Positions 10,049 through 20,816 of a stretch of 47,710 nt of DNA are shown piece after piece; position 1 is the stretch's first letter; each line of letters starts with the position of its first letter. The position numbers and the translations under genes are program-made. The notes beneath the pieces are model-generated. The model worked only from the letters and a program-made list of their open reading frames with translations, was not told the DNA's origin and did no database searches. Source of the stretch: Nitrospiraceae bacterium (GTDB lineage: Bacteria; Nitrospirota; Nitrospiria; Nitrospirales; Nitrospiraceae); the NCBI GenBank assembly GCA_037442105.1, contig JBBIQV010000022.1, forward strand, positions 1-47,710. The letters run 5' to 3'.

Positions 10049-10083
10049 GGCAAGTCCCTACCAGGTGGCAGTGAAGCGGCTCG

Positions 10084-12324
10084 CTACTCGCTATCAGCTA
10101 CTTGCTGCTGACTGATGCCCGGCAAATGGAGCATGACCGTCGTGCCCTTGCCCGGACACCCCTTAATACTCACGTCTCCACCGAACAACTTCGCACGTTC
10201 GCGCATCCCGATGAGTCCGAGTGATTGCGTATCCGACACCTTCTCTTCCGGAATGCCTCGCCCGTTATCCCGCACCATGAGCATGAGAGAGCCGGTTCTC
10301 CCTTCTAAACGGATCGTCACCTCGGTCGCATGGGCGTGGCGGGCGACGTTCGTCAGCGCCTCCTGGCAAATGCGAAACACCGCGGTCGCCCGCTCCGGAT
10401 CGATGTGGAGATCCTCTTCTTCCGAGATAAAGGCGCACGTGATGGCGGTTCGCTTCTGAAAATCCTGCGCTTGCCACTCGATCGCTGCGATAAGTCCCAG
10501 ATCATCTAACACGGGCGGCCGCAGTTCGGTCACAATCCGCTGAACAGCAGAAATTGTCTCGTCGATGAACTCCGTCATCGAATGGATCTTGTCGTTCATC
10601 CGGAATCGGTCAATCAATCCGGCCTCCTGTCCCGTCACAAGGCTCAGCCGCGAAAGGTCCATTTTGATACAGGTCAACGCCACACCCAGTTCGTCGTGCA
10701 GTTCCCGAGCGATCCTTGTTCGCTCTTCTTCTTGGACAACTTCGAGGCGCCGGGACAACTGGCGTGACTGCTCCAGAGTGGTCCGCAACCGTTCTTCCGT
10801 CCGCTTGCGCTCGGTGATGTCGGTAAAGGTGACGACCGCTCCCGTGATCCTCCCTCGCTCCACGATAGGAAAAGACGAATATTCGACAGGAAACGCGGCT
10901 CCGTCTTTCCGCCACATCACTTCATCGCTAACGTGGCTGCCTTGCCCGCTTCGAAACGCCTCGTAGATACGGCATTCCTGGCATGGATAGGGATTGCCAT
11001 TGAGACGGTGATGATGAATGAGCGTGTGCATATCTTTGCCGACTATTTCGTCGGGCTGATACCCGAGCAGCTTCGCCGCAGCCTTGTTGATGAAGGTACA
11101 ACAGCCCCGGAGATCGAGCCCATAGATGCCTTCTCCTGTGGATTCCAGTAACAGCAACCTATCGTTCATCAATTTCCGGCGCTCTTCCTCCGATCGCTTG
11201 CGGTCCGTGATATCCATCGTGATGCCGCACAACGCGTAACACTGCCCCCGCACATTCAGCAAGGGGAACTTCACCACGATGCTGGTATGAGGCCCATCAT
11301 CGTGGAGGGCCACCTCCTCAAACTCCATCGGCCGTCCCGTATCAAGGACCTTCCGGTCGTTGGCGCGGAAAGCGGCGGCCTGCTCCGGAGGAAAAATCTC
11401 CCCATCCGTCTTACCGATGATAGCTCTATTGGCAACATGAAAACTGTCTTCAAACTTGCGATTCACCAGAAGATAGCGCCCTTCAATATCTTTGAGGAAA
11501 ATCATTGATGGGCTGTTGTCCATGATCGCCCGGAACCGTTCTTCGCTTTCGCGCAGCGCCTCTTCCGCCCGCTTGCGCTCAGAGATGTCATCGATCGTCC
11601 CCTCATAATAGAGCACCTTGCCCTGCTCGTCCCGCACGGCGCGTACAGACTCCGAGATCCACAACGTACTGCCGTCCTTGCGATACACCTCATATTCAAA
11701 CCCTTGGACGACACCTCGACCTTCCAACAGGTGCATTAATGCTCTACGGCAATCGGGATCGACGTAGATCTCGTGCGCGATATCTTTGACGCTCGCGATC
11801 AACTCCTGGGGCGATTCGTACCCGTACATGCGCGCCAACGCGGGATTCACGCTGAGGTAACGGCCTTCCGGTGTCGACTGGAAGATTCCTTCTACGGCGT
11901 TCTCAACGATGCTGCGATATTTCTCTTCGGTTCGCCGTACTATCTCTTCCGCCCGCTTGCGCTCGACGGCGTAACGGAGGGCGCGCACCAGGAGCTGGCC
12001 CGTCAACCGTCCTTTGACCAAATAGTCTTGCGCCCCGGCCTGCACCAACTCTATCCCTAATGTTTCATCTTCCATGCCGGTCAGTACCACGATCGGCACG
12101 TCCTTTGCCGCCGCATGCATTCGGACCAGCGTGTCCACTCCATGGCTGTCGGGCAAGGAAAGATCCAGCAACACGACATCGGCACCTGTTTCTTGCAGGC
12201 GCTTCAGGCCTGCTGAGAGCCGGTCAGCGTGGGTCACCCTGCATCGAAAGGCGCCCGCTTCGTCCAAGTATTCCTGGAGCAGCCGGACATCGCCGGGATT
12301 GTCCTCGACCAGGAGGATGCGCAT
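10084..12324 (-). CDS. Hybrid sensor kinase REC-PAS-PAS-PAS-HisKA_3-HATPase
   Basis: N-terminal receiver 'LLVEDN...LLDLSLPD', three PAS/PAC units ending 'DISERK/DITDRK/DITERK', H-box 'RIARELHDELG' and 'QEALTNVARHA...DNGRG'. Confidence 0.93.
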   Translation of the reverse strand: MRILLVEDNPGDVRLLQEYLDEAGAFRCRVTHADRLSAGLKRLQETGADVVLLDLSLPDSHGVDTLVRMHAAAKDVPIVVLTGMEDETLGIELVQAGAQDYLVKGRLTGQLLVRALRYAVERKRAEEIVRRTEEKYRSIVENAVEGIFQSTPEGRYLSVNPALARMYGYESPQELIASVKDIAHEIYVDPDCRRALMHLLEGRGVVQGFEYEVYRKDGSTLWISESVRAVRDEQGKVLYYEGTIDDISERKRAEEALRESEERFRAIMDNSPSMIFLKDIEGRYLLVNRKFEDSFHVANRAIIGKTDGEIFPPEQAAAFRANDRKVLDTGRPMEFEEVALHDDGPHTSIVVKFPLLNVRGQCYALCGITMDITDRKRSEEERRKLMNDRLLLLESTGEGIYGLDLRGCCTFINKAAAKLLGYQPDEIVGKDMHTLIHHHRLNGNPYPCQECRIYEAFRSGQGSHVSDEVMWRKDGAAFPVEYSSFPIVERGRITGAVVTFTDITERKRTEERLRTTLEQSRQLSRRLEVVQEEERTRIARELHDELGVALTCIKMDLSRLSLVTGQEAGLIDRFRMNDKIHSMTEFIDETISAVQRIVTELRPPVLDDLGLIAAIEWQAQDFQKRTAITCAFISEEEDLHIDPERATAVFRICQEALTNVARHAHATEVTIRLEGRTGSLMLMVRDNGRGIPEEKVSDTQSLGLIGMRERAKLFGGDVSIKGCPGKGTTVMLHLPGISQQQVADSE

Positions 12325-12452
12325 GGAAACGATCTCCGCTAACCGTTAACCGTTGTCCGTTCTTCGTCAATTGTCATGCGCCAATTTCGTCATTCGTCAA
12401 TTAAGTTAAAAGGGAGCTATCTCTTCTCGGTGAACAGTTGGCGCTTCATGCT

Positions 12453-12923
12453 TTACCCCTCACGCCTTACATGATTGCCGTTCTTCGGCAGCATGACGAT
12501 CCCGAGCCAAAAGTCTTCGATCGATTTGACGACATCGATGAACTGCTCCAAGTCAACCGGCTTCGTCACGTAACAGTTGGCGTGGAGGTGATAACTCTTC
12601 AGCACGTCTTGCTCATCCTGGGAAGTCGTTAGAATAACCACAGGGATGCGCTTCAATTTGTCATCGGCTTTGATCTCGGCCAGCACCTCGCGGCCGTCTT
12701 TTTTGGGCAGGTTCAGGTCGAGCAGGATCAGATGCGGGCGAGGCGCCTTGGCATACTGTCCCTGCCGGCGCAGAAAAGCCAAGGCCTCGACGCCGTCCTT
12801 GAGCACCGTCAGATGATTGATCACTTTCGCCTCTTTCAAGGCCTCCACGGTCAGGCGGACATCACCGGGATTATCTTCCACCAACAGAATCTCGACCGGT
12901 CTTACAAGATCGGGAACAACCAT
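12453..12923 (-). CDS. Single-domain response regulator, Rcp1-like
   Basis: '[10 protein letters not shown]', '[15 protein letters not shown]', 'IPVVILTTS' and 'ANCYVTKP' are Rcp1-subfamily signatures. Confidence 0.9.
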   Translation of the reverse strand: MVVPDLVRPVEILLVEDNPGDVRLTVEALKEAKVINHLTVLKDGVEALAFLRRQGQYAKAPRPHLILLDLNLPKKDGREVLAEIKADDKLKRIPVVILTTSQDEQDVLKSYHLHANCYVTKPVDLEQFIDVVKSIEDFWLGIVMLPKNGNHVRREG

Positions 12924-12941
12924 CGGACCTCCTTCTTAAAA

Positions 12942-13092
12942 AATAGCGAATAGCTAGCAGAAAGCAGCGAACAGCGGGTAGCTGGCAGCGAGTAGCCAGT
13001 AGCTGATAGCGAATGCAAGAAGCAAATCCTCCGAGGCTACCGGCTATTTGCTGTGTGCTCATGCTATTCGCTGCCCGCTGCCAGCTATCGGC
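12942..13092. repeat. Heptamer tandem/inverted repeat, (TAGCGAA)n...(TTCGCTA)n family
   Basis: About ten degenerate 7-mers (tagcgaa, tagctag, cagcgaa, cagcggg, tagctgg...) followed by complementary units. Overlaps the 3' end of the histidine kinase. Confidence 0.8.
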
Positions 13093-14225
13093 AACGTAAA
13101 ACAAAACGTCGCCCCCTTGCCGAGATCCGATTCCACCCAAATGCGCCCACCATGGCGTTCGACAATCTTCTTGCAGATCGCCAATCCGATGCCGGTGCCG
13201 GGATATTCCGCGATGTTGTGCAGGCGCTGAAAGACGACGAAGATCCGGCCGGCGTATTGCGGATCGATCCCGATGCCGTTATCGCGGACCGAGAACAGCC
13301 ACTCGCCGGCGCCTCGCTTGGCGGACACATGCACGCAGGGCGGCTGCGCCCCGCGGAACTTGATGGCGTTGCTCAGCAAGTTCTGAAACAGTTGCAGCAG
13401 TTGTCGCTCATCGGCCATGACCGTGGGAAGAGAATCGCGGGTCACTACCGCTCCGCTCTCTTCCACCACGCTCCGCAAGTTGTCGAGCACAGCGTCCAGA
13501 ACAATCTCCACGGAAGTGGGTTCGAAGGCTTGCCCCTGAGTGCCGACCCGCGAATAGGCGAGCAGATCCTGAATCAGCCTCTGCATCCGGTTGGCCCCAT
13601 CCACCGCATAGCCGATAAATTCGTCCGCATCGGCATCGAGTTTCCCTTTATACCGTTTCGCCAGGAGCTGCGTGTAACTGGCCACCATCCGCAACGGCTC
13701 CTGCAAGTCATGCGAGGCGACATAGGCGAACTGCTCCAGCTCGGCGTTGGACCGCGTGAGCTCGACCACCGTTTTCTCCAGGGCCTGCCGCGCCTTGACC
13801 AGCTCGCGGTGCTCGCCGGCGAGCTGCGCTTGGAGCCTTTTGTATTCGGTCATATCGCGCAAGGCTGCGAGGATAAACAGCCCGCTTTCTTGCTCCAGCG
13901 GCCAGAGGCCGATGTCCACCGGGAATTCAGTCCCGTCCTTCCGTTGCGCGTACAGTTCCAGACCGGCTCCCATATGTCGTGAGCGAGGCTGGGAGATGAA
14001 GCTCGCGCGATGCCCAGAATGGGCGCCGCGGAACCGCGCCGGCACAAGCACCTCGATTGTCTGGCCGATAAGTTCCTCGCGACGATACCCGAACCACGCC
14101 TCCGTGGAACTGTTGACGAAGACGATACGGCCCGTCCGGTCGACGATCACCCGGGCCTCCGACACGGCTTCCAGGATCCAGCCTAGCTTCGCCTCCCAAT
14201 CGTTCAAGTTCATCATCGCAGCCAA
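13059..14225 (-). CDS. PAS sensor histidine kinase with Cph1-type kinase core
   Basis: One PAS domain, then '[18 protein letters not shown]', '[10 protein letters not shown]', 'FQRLH' and '[13 protein letters not shown]'. No GAF/PHY photosensory module. Confidence 0.92.
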   Translation of the reverse strand: MAAMMNLNDWEAKLGWILEAVSEARVIVDRTGRIVFVNSSTEAWFGYRREELIGQTIEVLVPARFRGAHSGHRASFISQPRSRHMGAGLELYAQRKDGTEFPVDIGLWPLEQESGLFILAALRDMTEYKRLQAQLAGEHRELVKARQALEKTVVELTRSNAELEQFAYVASHDLQEPLRMVASYTQLLAKRYKGKLDADADEFIGYAVDGANRMQRLIQDLLAYSRVGTQGQAFEPTSVEIVLDAVLDNLRSVVEESGAVVTRDSLPTVMADERQLLQLFQNLLSNAIKFRGAQPPCVHVSAKRGAGEWLFSVRDNGIGIDPQYAGRIFVVFQRLHNIAEYPGTGIGLAICKKIVERHGGRIWVESDLGKGATFCFTLPIAGSGQRIA

Positions 14226-14700
14226 TCCCTTGCCCTTGCGTTCTGCTTCTCTGTGATGGTCGTGTGGGGGGCGTCTGGTTTATGGATATTGTTGAGAGAC
14301 GTTTCGTGGCAAGAACCAGGCAGAAGCAAGGACGGGTGCCAAGGTCGAACGGTATGCCGAATAAGGGCAGAAAGGGACGGATGAATATGAAATAGAACAA
14401 CGGATGCGCTGATGGAACGCGCGCAAAGCCCACATGCCAGTTCTCGGCTAAAACGTGGCTATTCCAGTCGATCGCGGCAAGGCGGCAAAGGATAGCAGGC
14501 TTCATGATCTAAGACAACAGGCAATGAGTTGCGCCCCCTTCGCTCTTCACCACCATGCACCATGGCCCAAGCTATCTCATCCCAAAGGTGTAGAAAAAAT
14601 CCACCTGTTGGGTGATAGCCGTTTTTGTTTTCTGAGCCTAAGAATTACGACGCTAGCGAGCGTCACGAGAAACATCCAGGTCTCAAGGAGGGGTGATGCC

Positions 14701-15630
14701 ATGAAGCGAGATTTTGAGCCGATCGACTTCATCGTAGCCGTCGGAGCTTGTGTCACGGTGCTTGCGGCATATTTCCTGTTTCTGTCCGCGAATGGAACCG
14801 TGAGCGCGGCCTTGTCCCAGCCGGGCTCCACTGCCGAGACCGCGAACATTATCGATGTGATGGAGTGGGTCCAGCCGGCCCTCGGACAAGCCATCGTGGA
14901 CGATCTGTTGGTGGGCCGAGAAGCCTCCCAGCGCATCGCCGGAGTGGCGAGGAAGCTGAACCGCGATACCCTCACGGCTCAGTACCTGCAAGACTCCTGG
15001 ATCGGATTTCCGGATGAATTGAAAAGGCAGGCTGCGGCCTTGACCGAAGACCACGCAGCCCGCGTGCAGTTTGTGATGGGGCAGTCCATCGTCAATTTCA
15101 CGGCGCGGGGTATCAGGACCGACGTCCTCTCGGCGGAAAACCCGAATGGGCCATACAACCGGCGGATGATTGAGATCACGAACACAGCCGGCGCCACAAT
15201 GGACGAGGCCTTTCAGCGGAACCACCAGACCAATTTGGGGAACATGATTGTGGCCGTGGTCCAAAATCACGATCGCTTCGCCGGGCAAGTCCAGGAACAG
15301 GTCGGCCATGCGGTGGTCCAGGCCAGGACGACTCAGGTGCGGTACGCCCAGAAGCTGGGAGATATCCAGGAGCAACTGGCGGCAGCCACGCTGGCGACCT
15401 TTCTTGCCGAGCGAACTCCGCGACATGTCGCGACAGGGCCTTCCCTGCCCTTGTCCCAGCCGCGTTCGTGGCCGGAGGTCCCGTTCGCAATTCTGTTCGC
15501 GTTGTCGGCGATCTTCATCGGGGTCTTCTGCAGCGTCCTGTGGATGTCCAGAAGCGTGGCTGAGCCCTCCGTTGAGGAGCAGCTCCGTCTCGAAGCCGAA
15601 GAAGACCGGATGTATCGCAAGACGGCATGA
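14701..15630 (+). CDS. Hypothetical membrane-anchored helical protein (TM helix near each end)
   Basis: RBS AGGAGGGG before ATG 14701; hydrophobic segments near both termini with a Gln/Ala-rich helical middle. Confidence 0.7.
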   Translation: MKRDFEPIDFIVAVGACVTVLAAYFLFLSANGTVSAALSQPGSTAETANIIDVMEWVQPALGQAIVDDLLVGREASQRIAGVARKLNRDTLTAQYLQDSWIGFPDELKRQAAALTEDHAARVQFVMGQSIVNFTARGIRTDVLSAENPNGPYNRRMIEITNTAGATMDEAFQRNHQTNLGNMIVAVVQNHDRFAGQVQEQVGHAVVQARTTQVRYAQKLGDIQEQLAAATLATFLAERTPRHVATGPSLPLSQPRSWPEVPFAILFALSAIFIGVFCSVLWMSRSVAEPSVEEQLRLEAEEDRMYRKTA

Positions 15631-15664
15631 TCTCGTGCGGTCATCACAGGGGAGTGAGAAAATC

Positions 15665-15841
15665 ATGTCTACCTGGGGTGTGTGGGGATATTGGGGCATC
15701 GTTGTCGGTCTGGCGGCCTTGGTGATGATCTTCTTCGTCGCTGAGGAGATTCTGTCTCGCGCCCCGAAGTCTGAAGGACTAAAGGACGCTTCTTCGGCGC
15801 AGCGTGAACCAGCGCCCGCCAGCACAAGGCGCGCAGCTTAG
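15665..15841 (+). CDS. Small single-TM hypothetical protein
   Basis: RBS GGGGAG; 'MSTWGVWGYWGIVVGLAALVMIFFVAEEIL...RRAA'; 58 aa. Confidence 0.55.
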   Translation: MSTWGVWGYWGIVVGLAALVMIFFVAEEILSRAPKSEGLKDASSAQREPAPASTRRAA

Positions 15842-15873
15842 CCCACATTATTATTCACGACGGTCCGTCGCGG

Positions 15874-15915
15874 CCCCTTCCCAGCCCTCTCCCGTGCTCC
15901 GGGGGAGGGTGAGAG
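15874..15915. repeat. REP-like palindromic element (CCCTCTCCC...GGGGGAGGG type)
   Basis: ccccttcccagccctctcccgtgctccgggggagggtgagag forms a hairpin resembling the widespread CCCTCACCCCNNCCCTCTCCC..GGGAGAGGG repeats. Confidence 0.5.
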
Positions 15916-15944
15916 TGGGGGCGCGAGGTTCGCGGCAAGAGACA

Positions 15945-16529
15945 ATGGCACCACAAAGACTCTGGGCCGAGCTGGTGGATTGTTTCGTCAACGTGTCAAT
16001 TGCGTCGGAGTTAGCCGGCTGGCTGCAGGAGCTGGGGCTTTCTCCGAACGGAACCATCGCGCAACTGTCCGAGCGACTCCATCGACATGCTGCGTCGCTG
16101 GTGCTTCCCGCCGAGACGGCCCCACGCCAAACCATTTTCTACCTCACCCAGTACAGTCCTGACATTTTAGGAGAGATTTGCCAGGAACTGGGTATCCCGA
16201 GCGAGGGATCACGGGAGATGTTGATCAAACGGATCTATCGGGAAGTAGGTATACGCGAGGGTTGGCTGCGTCCAAGTCCTGATGAAATACGCCATCTTTT
16301 CCAGGACGCGCTGTTCCCCATGCTCAGGCACTTTGGGATACTCACGGCCTATCCGGCAGACTCTCCGGGAGACCTCTTCACAAGGTTCGGCGAAGAACAC
16401 GGCTGCTCTTGCGCTCCACTCGCATACGGCAGCGCGCTCATCGCTGTCGTCGTACCGGACTTCCTCCAGGAGGCCCAATCGATGCTTTTTTGCAATGAGC
16501 TCAAGAACAGGGGACTGGATCTGGTGTGA
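15945..16529 (+). CDS. Hypothetical protein with two SAP/HeH-like motifs
   Basis: 'ELAGWLQELGLSPNGTIAQLSERL' and 'ILGEICQELGIPSEGSREMLIKRI' both fit the SAP pattern L..L...GL...G....L..R[LI]. Confidence 0.5.
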   Translation: MAPQRLWAELVDCFVNVSIASELAGWLQELGLSPNGTIAQLSERLHRHAASLVLPAETAPRQTIFYLTQYSPDILGEICQELGIPSEGSREMLIKRIYREVGIREGWLRPSPDEIRHLFQDALFPMLRHFGILTAYPADSPGDLFTRFGEEHGCSCAPLAYGSALIAVVVPDFLQEAQSMLFCNELKNRGLDLV

Positions 16530-16627
16530 CGGCTGACCGTCGTTCGGTTGCCATCGCAGCCTTGCCGCCGACAAACATCCGGACCGGTTGTTCTACTTGT
16601 CCAAGACCACGTAGGTTACCGGCAATT

Positions 16628-18697
16628 TCACAACGCCACCCTGCGGTAAAATATCTTCTTCATCAGTTCAGCCCCCACCATGTAGAGGCCGACAATAATT
16701 CCCAAGGCCAGCAGGAACGAAACCGGCAGCGCGTGAATCCAAACATTGTCCGTAAAGGACTGTACGGCAAGGCAACCGTGATACCGGCCACGATCCACGT
16801 CGCCATCAGCAGATACGTCCCGGGGCGACTCTGAAAAACAGCTCGCCGGGTGCGGATCACCAACACGATCGTTGCGGCTGAGATCACCGATTCGACGAAC
16901 CAACCGGTTCGGAATTCGTCGGTCCCCGCCCTGAGCAAGAACAGCAGGACAACGAAGGTGAGATAATCGAAAATCGAGCTGATGAAGCCGAACGCCATCA
17001 TGAATTGTCGAATGAACGCAATATTCCATCGCCTCGGACGGTCAATCAGTTCCTTATCCACCCTGCAGGTCCTCGCCGGTCAGAATCTGCGAGTTTATCA
17101 ATCCCACCTGTCGGGCCACATGAGCAGCCACAAGACGGTTGTCGCCGGTCAGGATTTTCAACGACACCCCGAGGTTTCTGAGACGGCCAAGGGTCTCGGC
17201 AATACCGACTTTAGGCGGATCCGTGAACGCTAAGAATCCCAGGAAAATCATCCCTGTCTCATCGTCCTTTGAGATGTGGGTTCGAGCCCCCATCTCCCGG
17301 TAGGCAATCCCTAAGACACGAAACCCTTGCTCGCTGAGCCTTTCCAGCCGCCGGACGATCGAGTCCTGCACCGAGGCAATCTCGACGTGCGTTCCCGGAG
17401 CGAGTTCCGCCGATGCGCAGACATCCAGCACATTCAGAAGCGCGCCCTTCGTGAGCATCAGACAAGTCGTTTGAGTAGCAACAAGAATGGACAAGCGCTT
17501 ACGGATGAAGTCATACGGCTCCTCGTCGAGCTTGCGATATTCCGCCAGATCGAACGGGCGATGGGTCCTGATCGCCTCGTCGATGGGGTTCAAAAACCCG
17601 CTTTCATAGCTGGCATTCAGATAGGCGCACAACAACACCCGCTCGCTGGGATTTCCCTTCACATCCAGCGCGCTGTAGAGTCGAACGTGGCCTTCGGTCA
17701 GCGTTCCCGTCTTGTCCGAACAGAAGACCGTCATGCTCCCGAAATTTTCGATGGACGCAAGGCGTTTCACAATCACTTTCCGCGTGGCCATTCGTTTGGC
17801 GCCGTGGGCCAGGTTGATGCTGATGATGGCAGGCAACAACTGCGGCGTCAGGCCGACCGCAAGCGCCAGGGAGAAAAGGAAAGATTCCAAAACAGGCCGA
17901 TTCAGGAAGACGTTGATCGAAAAGATGGCGAGGACCAACACCAACGTCACTTCCAGCAACAGGTATCCGAAGCGGCGCACTCCCCGTTCGAATTCCGTTT
18001 CGGGTGGCCGAAGCTTGAGTCGCTGGGACACCTTGCCGAACTCCGTTTCTGTGCCGATGCGAACGACAACGGCGGTGCCTGTGCCGCTCACCACGTGTGT
18101 CCCCAGAAACAGGCTGTTCGTTCTCCGGCCGAGCGCCGTCTCTTTGGGCAAGATTCCCGGCATCTTTTCGAGAGGGTAGGTTTCGCCTGTGAGCGCCGCC
18201 TCATCGACGAAGAGTTCCTTCGACTCCATCACCAGACAATCGCCGGGAATCGTATCGCCCGCTCTGAGCCGGACAACATCGCCGGGCACGATGTCCTCAA
18301 CGGGAACCTGGTGAGCCACCCCGTCTCGCAACACATCCGCTTGTACGCGCACGACCGAGAGCAACCGCTCGACCGCGCGGGTTGCGCCTCGTTCCTGCCA
18401 GAATCCGAGCAGACCGCTCATGAACACAATCGCCAGAATGATGGCGGTGTCCGTCCGATCCGCCAGGAAGAAAGCGAGCCCGGCGGCAAACAGAAGGATA
18501 AGGATGATCGGATTGGTAAATTGCGAGAGCAGGAGGGCGAGATCTGAGGCCGCCCGGCGAGGCCTGAGCTGGCAGATCGCATAGGATTTCCGACGACGAG
18601 CCGCTTCTCCGCTGCTCAAACCGGTGGGACCCGACTCAACCGACTGGAGAACGCCCGCGACCGGCGAGTTCCAGAAGTGAGCAACAAGGTCTGGCAT
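16628..18697 (-). pseudogene. mgtA: Mg2+-transporting P-type ATPase, internally deleted and frameshifted
   Basis: 'LTGE', 'PQLLP', 'CSDKTGTLT', 'KGA' and 'TGDN' are present. After 'ILTGEDLQ' the sequence jumps out of frame (~17062) to 'VDKELIDRPRRWN', so GDGxND and part of the membrane domain are lost. A second 1-nt frameshift near 16731 leads to the 'LPVSFLLALG...FYRRVAL' C-terminus. Confidence 0.9.
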
Positions 18698-18706
18698 TGC
18701 GAGGTA

Positions 18707-19641
18707 TCACAGGGTCTGGATATACCGTCCCGCCATCCGGTACGCATTGTGAAGATATTGGTCCACCATCCGCTGCGTGTTGAAGAATCCACCGTTCAAC
18801 GCAATGGTATGGCGCATGATGTCGACAAAACGTTCCCGCTCCTTATAGAAACAGGGCATGACCGTGCCGCCCAGCTTGTCGTAGAGCGCCGCGGCATGAC
18901 AGGCACCCATCCGGATCATTTCCTTGCCCTCATGGTCGTGAGGATGGGCTTTGCCGCCAAACACGATTTGAAGCGGTCCCGCCTGCTCGACGATCTTCTT
19001 CAACCGGTCGAGATCGTGAAACACCAAGGGCCCCCGCTTGTACACCACCGCTCGCCTCGCAAAGCCGAGCGTGAAAACATCTCGATCGAGTCCGGCGTTC
19101 GTTTCACGATTGACGTATTCGATCAACGCCCGCTTGGCTTCCATGTGAGCATCCCAGACTTCCTTGCCTGGGATGCCGATGGCATACCATAGAGAGAGTT
19201 GGTCGCGCCGCCAATCAGGCAGATGCCGATCATAGAGAGCCTGAAACGAAGGAGCCGCCCACGTCACGGCATGGACGCCGTTCGTGATGGAATGAATCGG
19301 ATACCCAGGGAAGAGGCTATGCGAGACCTCGCCATGCTTCATGGCCACTCCATTGATGAACCGCGATCCCCGGAGTCCCAGTTCGGTCATGTTCAAGGTC
19401 GGACCGTGCCCACAGGTCGTGAGCCAACCGCAGCGGCGCTCTCCCAAGACGCGTCGAGCAAGATCGGCAGGGAATTGGTCACGGCCACCATCGGCACCTC
19501 CAGATCAGCAGCCGACCGGATCGTGTCCCCCGCCAGCACACCGAGCCCTCCAGCATATGTCGGCATTGATGGATCGAGCCCGATCTCCATGGAGAAATAG
19601 GCGACCAGCGGATTCTTGGTGGTGTCGTCCATACCATTCAT
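18707..19641 (-). pseudogene. glgP: Alpha-glucan (glycogen) phosphorylase remnant with several internal deletions
   Basis: N-terminal 'VAYFSMEIG...[11 protein letters not shown]...AADL', then frameshifted 'NGVAMKHG', 'ITNGVH', 'GFARR..YKR', 'GGKAHPHD' and C-terminal 'FFNTQRMV'. The PLP-binding EASGTSGMK region is missing. Confidence 0.88.
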
Positions 19642-19662
19642 GCGCAGCCGGCCTTATCCCTC

Positions 19663-20139
19663 TCAGCTCAACGTTTCTCGAACCCAGTCGCCAAGGTAAT
19701 GCGTGACCGCAACCACCGTCATCGCGATCACGACGTGTTCGGCTATGACCTTCCATGGCGCAATCCGCTGGGAACGCGCGAGAAAGAAGCTCAACATCGC
19801 CAAGAGCAGCAGCCCCCAAGCGACGCTCATCCCGATGGCCGGACCGAGCGGGAGAAAAAACACCGGGACGGCAAACGTCATCGCGATGAGGAACTTTGCG
19901 AAGAACGTCGCGACCGTGGATTCCCAGACAGTGCTCGGTGGCCCGCTGTTCTTCGATTCCTCCGAGATGTGGATGCCCAAGGCGTCGGATAACGCATCGG
20001 CGACGGCGATCATCAAGATGCCTCCCAAGACTACCGTGCGAGAATGCGTGCCGGAATGTAACCCCACCATCAGACCCAGCGTGGTGATCACACCCGAGGT
20101 TAATCCAAAGCTCAAGCCTGTTTTCAACGACGGCTTCAC
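19663..20139 (-). CDS. VIT1/CCC1-like membrane protein (Fe/Mn transporter family)
   Basis: 'FGLTSGVITTLGLMVG...IAVADALSDALGIHISEES'; about 5 TM segments. Confidence 0.7.
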   Translation of the reverse strand: MKPSLKTGLSFGLTSGVITTLGLMVGLHSGTHSRTVVLGGILMIAVADALSDALGIHISEESKNSGPPSTVWESTVATFFAKFLIAMTFAVPVFFLPLGPAIGMSVAWGLLLLAMLSFFLARSQRIAPWKVIAEHVVIAMTVVAVTHYLGDWVRETLS

Positions 20140-20153
20140 GTTCTTAACTCGCG

Positions 20154-20816
20154 TCAGCAGCTATCTTTCCGGTTTCCCTTCATGCAGGCAGCGAGCCAAT
20201 TCGTCACGGAGTCGAGCAGTTTCGCCACGGCGCGATTGGCCGCGAGGACGCCCCCGTAGGCGTCCTCGCTGTGCGCATCTTCCAGCACTTCGAAGCGGCG
20301 TACGCCGATCACCTTCTGCTCTCGCAGCTCGATCATCTGCATCCGCAGAGCCAGCCGCAAGCGACTCGGCTGCTGAAGAAATTCCTGCTGTAACATCAGC
20401 CCCTGAACATCCAGGCGATAATCCCCGCGAATGGAACTCGGCATTGGGACGACTGCCCGCCAGTTCCTGCTCCTCTCGAGCGCCCGAACCAGGAGGGGCG
20501 CCAACATGCGCGCCGGCGTATCGGCCCATTGATTCACGGAGTAATAACTCACCTCATAGGGCCGCCTGAGATAGACCATTTGAGCTGTGTCGAATCCCGG
20601 CTCCGCTTGCGGGAGACTGACGAGCAGAATCTCGCGAGTGTCCCGTTTCCACTCGGACGGTTCTGCGTCTCCTATCCCCTCTTCTACTTTCAACACATAG
20701 GTGTGGACAGGGCCTTCTGCCGATCGCGGCGAAATACAGCCGGCGAGGGTCGCGGCAAGCCCACATGCCAGCCCCATCTTCAGGAAGCAACCTATCAATT
20801 GTGTCCTGCCGGTCAC
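20154..20816 (-). CDS. ABC-type transport auxiliary lipoprotein (PqiC-like)
   Basis: Lipobox 'LAGC', 'PQAEPGFDTAQMVY' and 'QWADTPARML'; last gene of the MCE operon. Confidence 0.85.
   Translation of the reverse strand: MTGRTQLIGCFLKMGLACGLAATLAGCISPRSAEGPVHTYVLKVEEGIGDAEPSEWKRDTREILLVSLPQAEPGFDTAQMVYLRRPYEVSYYSVNQWADTPARMLAPLLVRALERSRNWRAVVPMPSSIRGDYRLDVQGLMLQQEFLQQPSRLRLALRMQMIELREQKVIGVRRFEVLEDAHSEDAYGGVLAANRAVAKLLDSVTNWLAACMKGNRKDSC

Noticed and set aside
13059..14225. Bacteriophytochrome
   Set aside because: The kinase core is Cph1-like, but there are no GAF/PHY domains or bilin-binding motifs.
14326..14341. sigma54 promoter TGGCAC...TTGC on the minus strand upstream of the PAS kinase
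   Set aside because: The GG-to-GC spacing is 11 nt rather than the required 10.
17327..18547. Long opposite-strand ORFs (e.g. 17327-18547, 13053-13982, 20529-21650, 24532-25491, 36037-37167, 29384-30523)
   Set aside because: They are shadows of well-supported genes in GC-rich DNA and carry no recognisable motifs.
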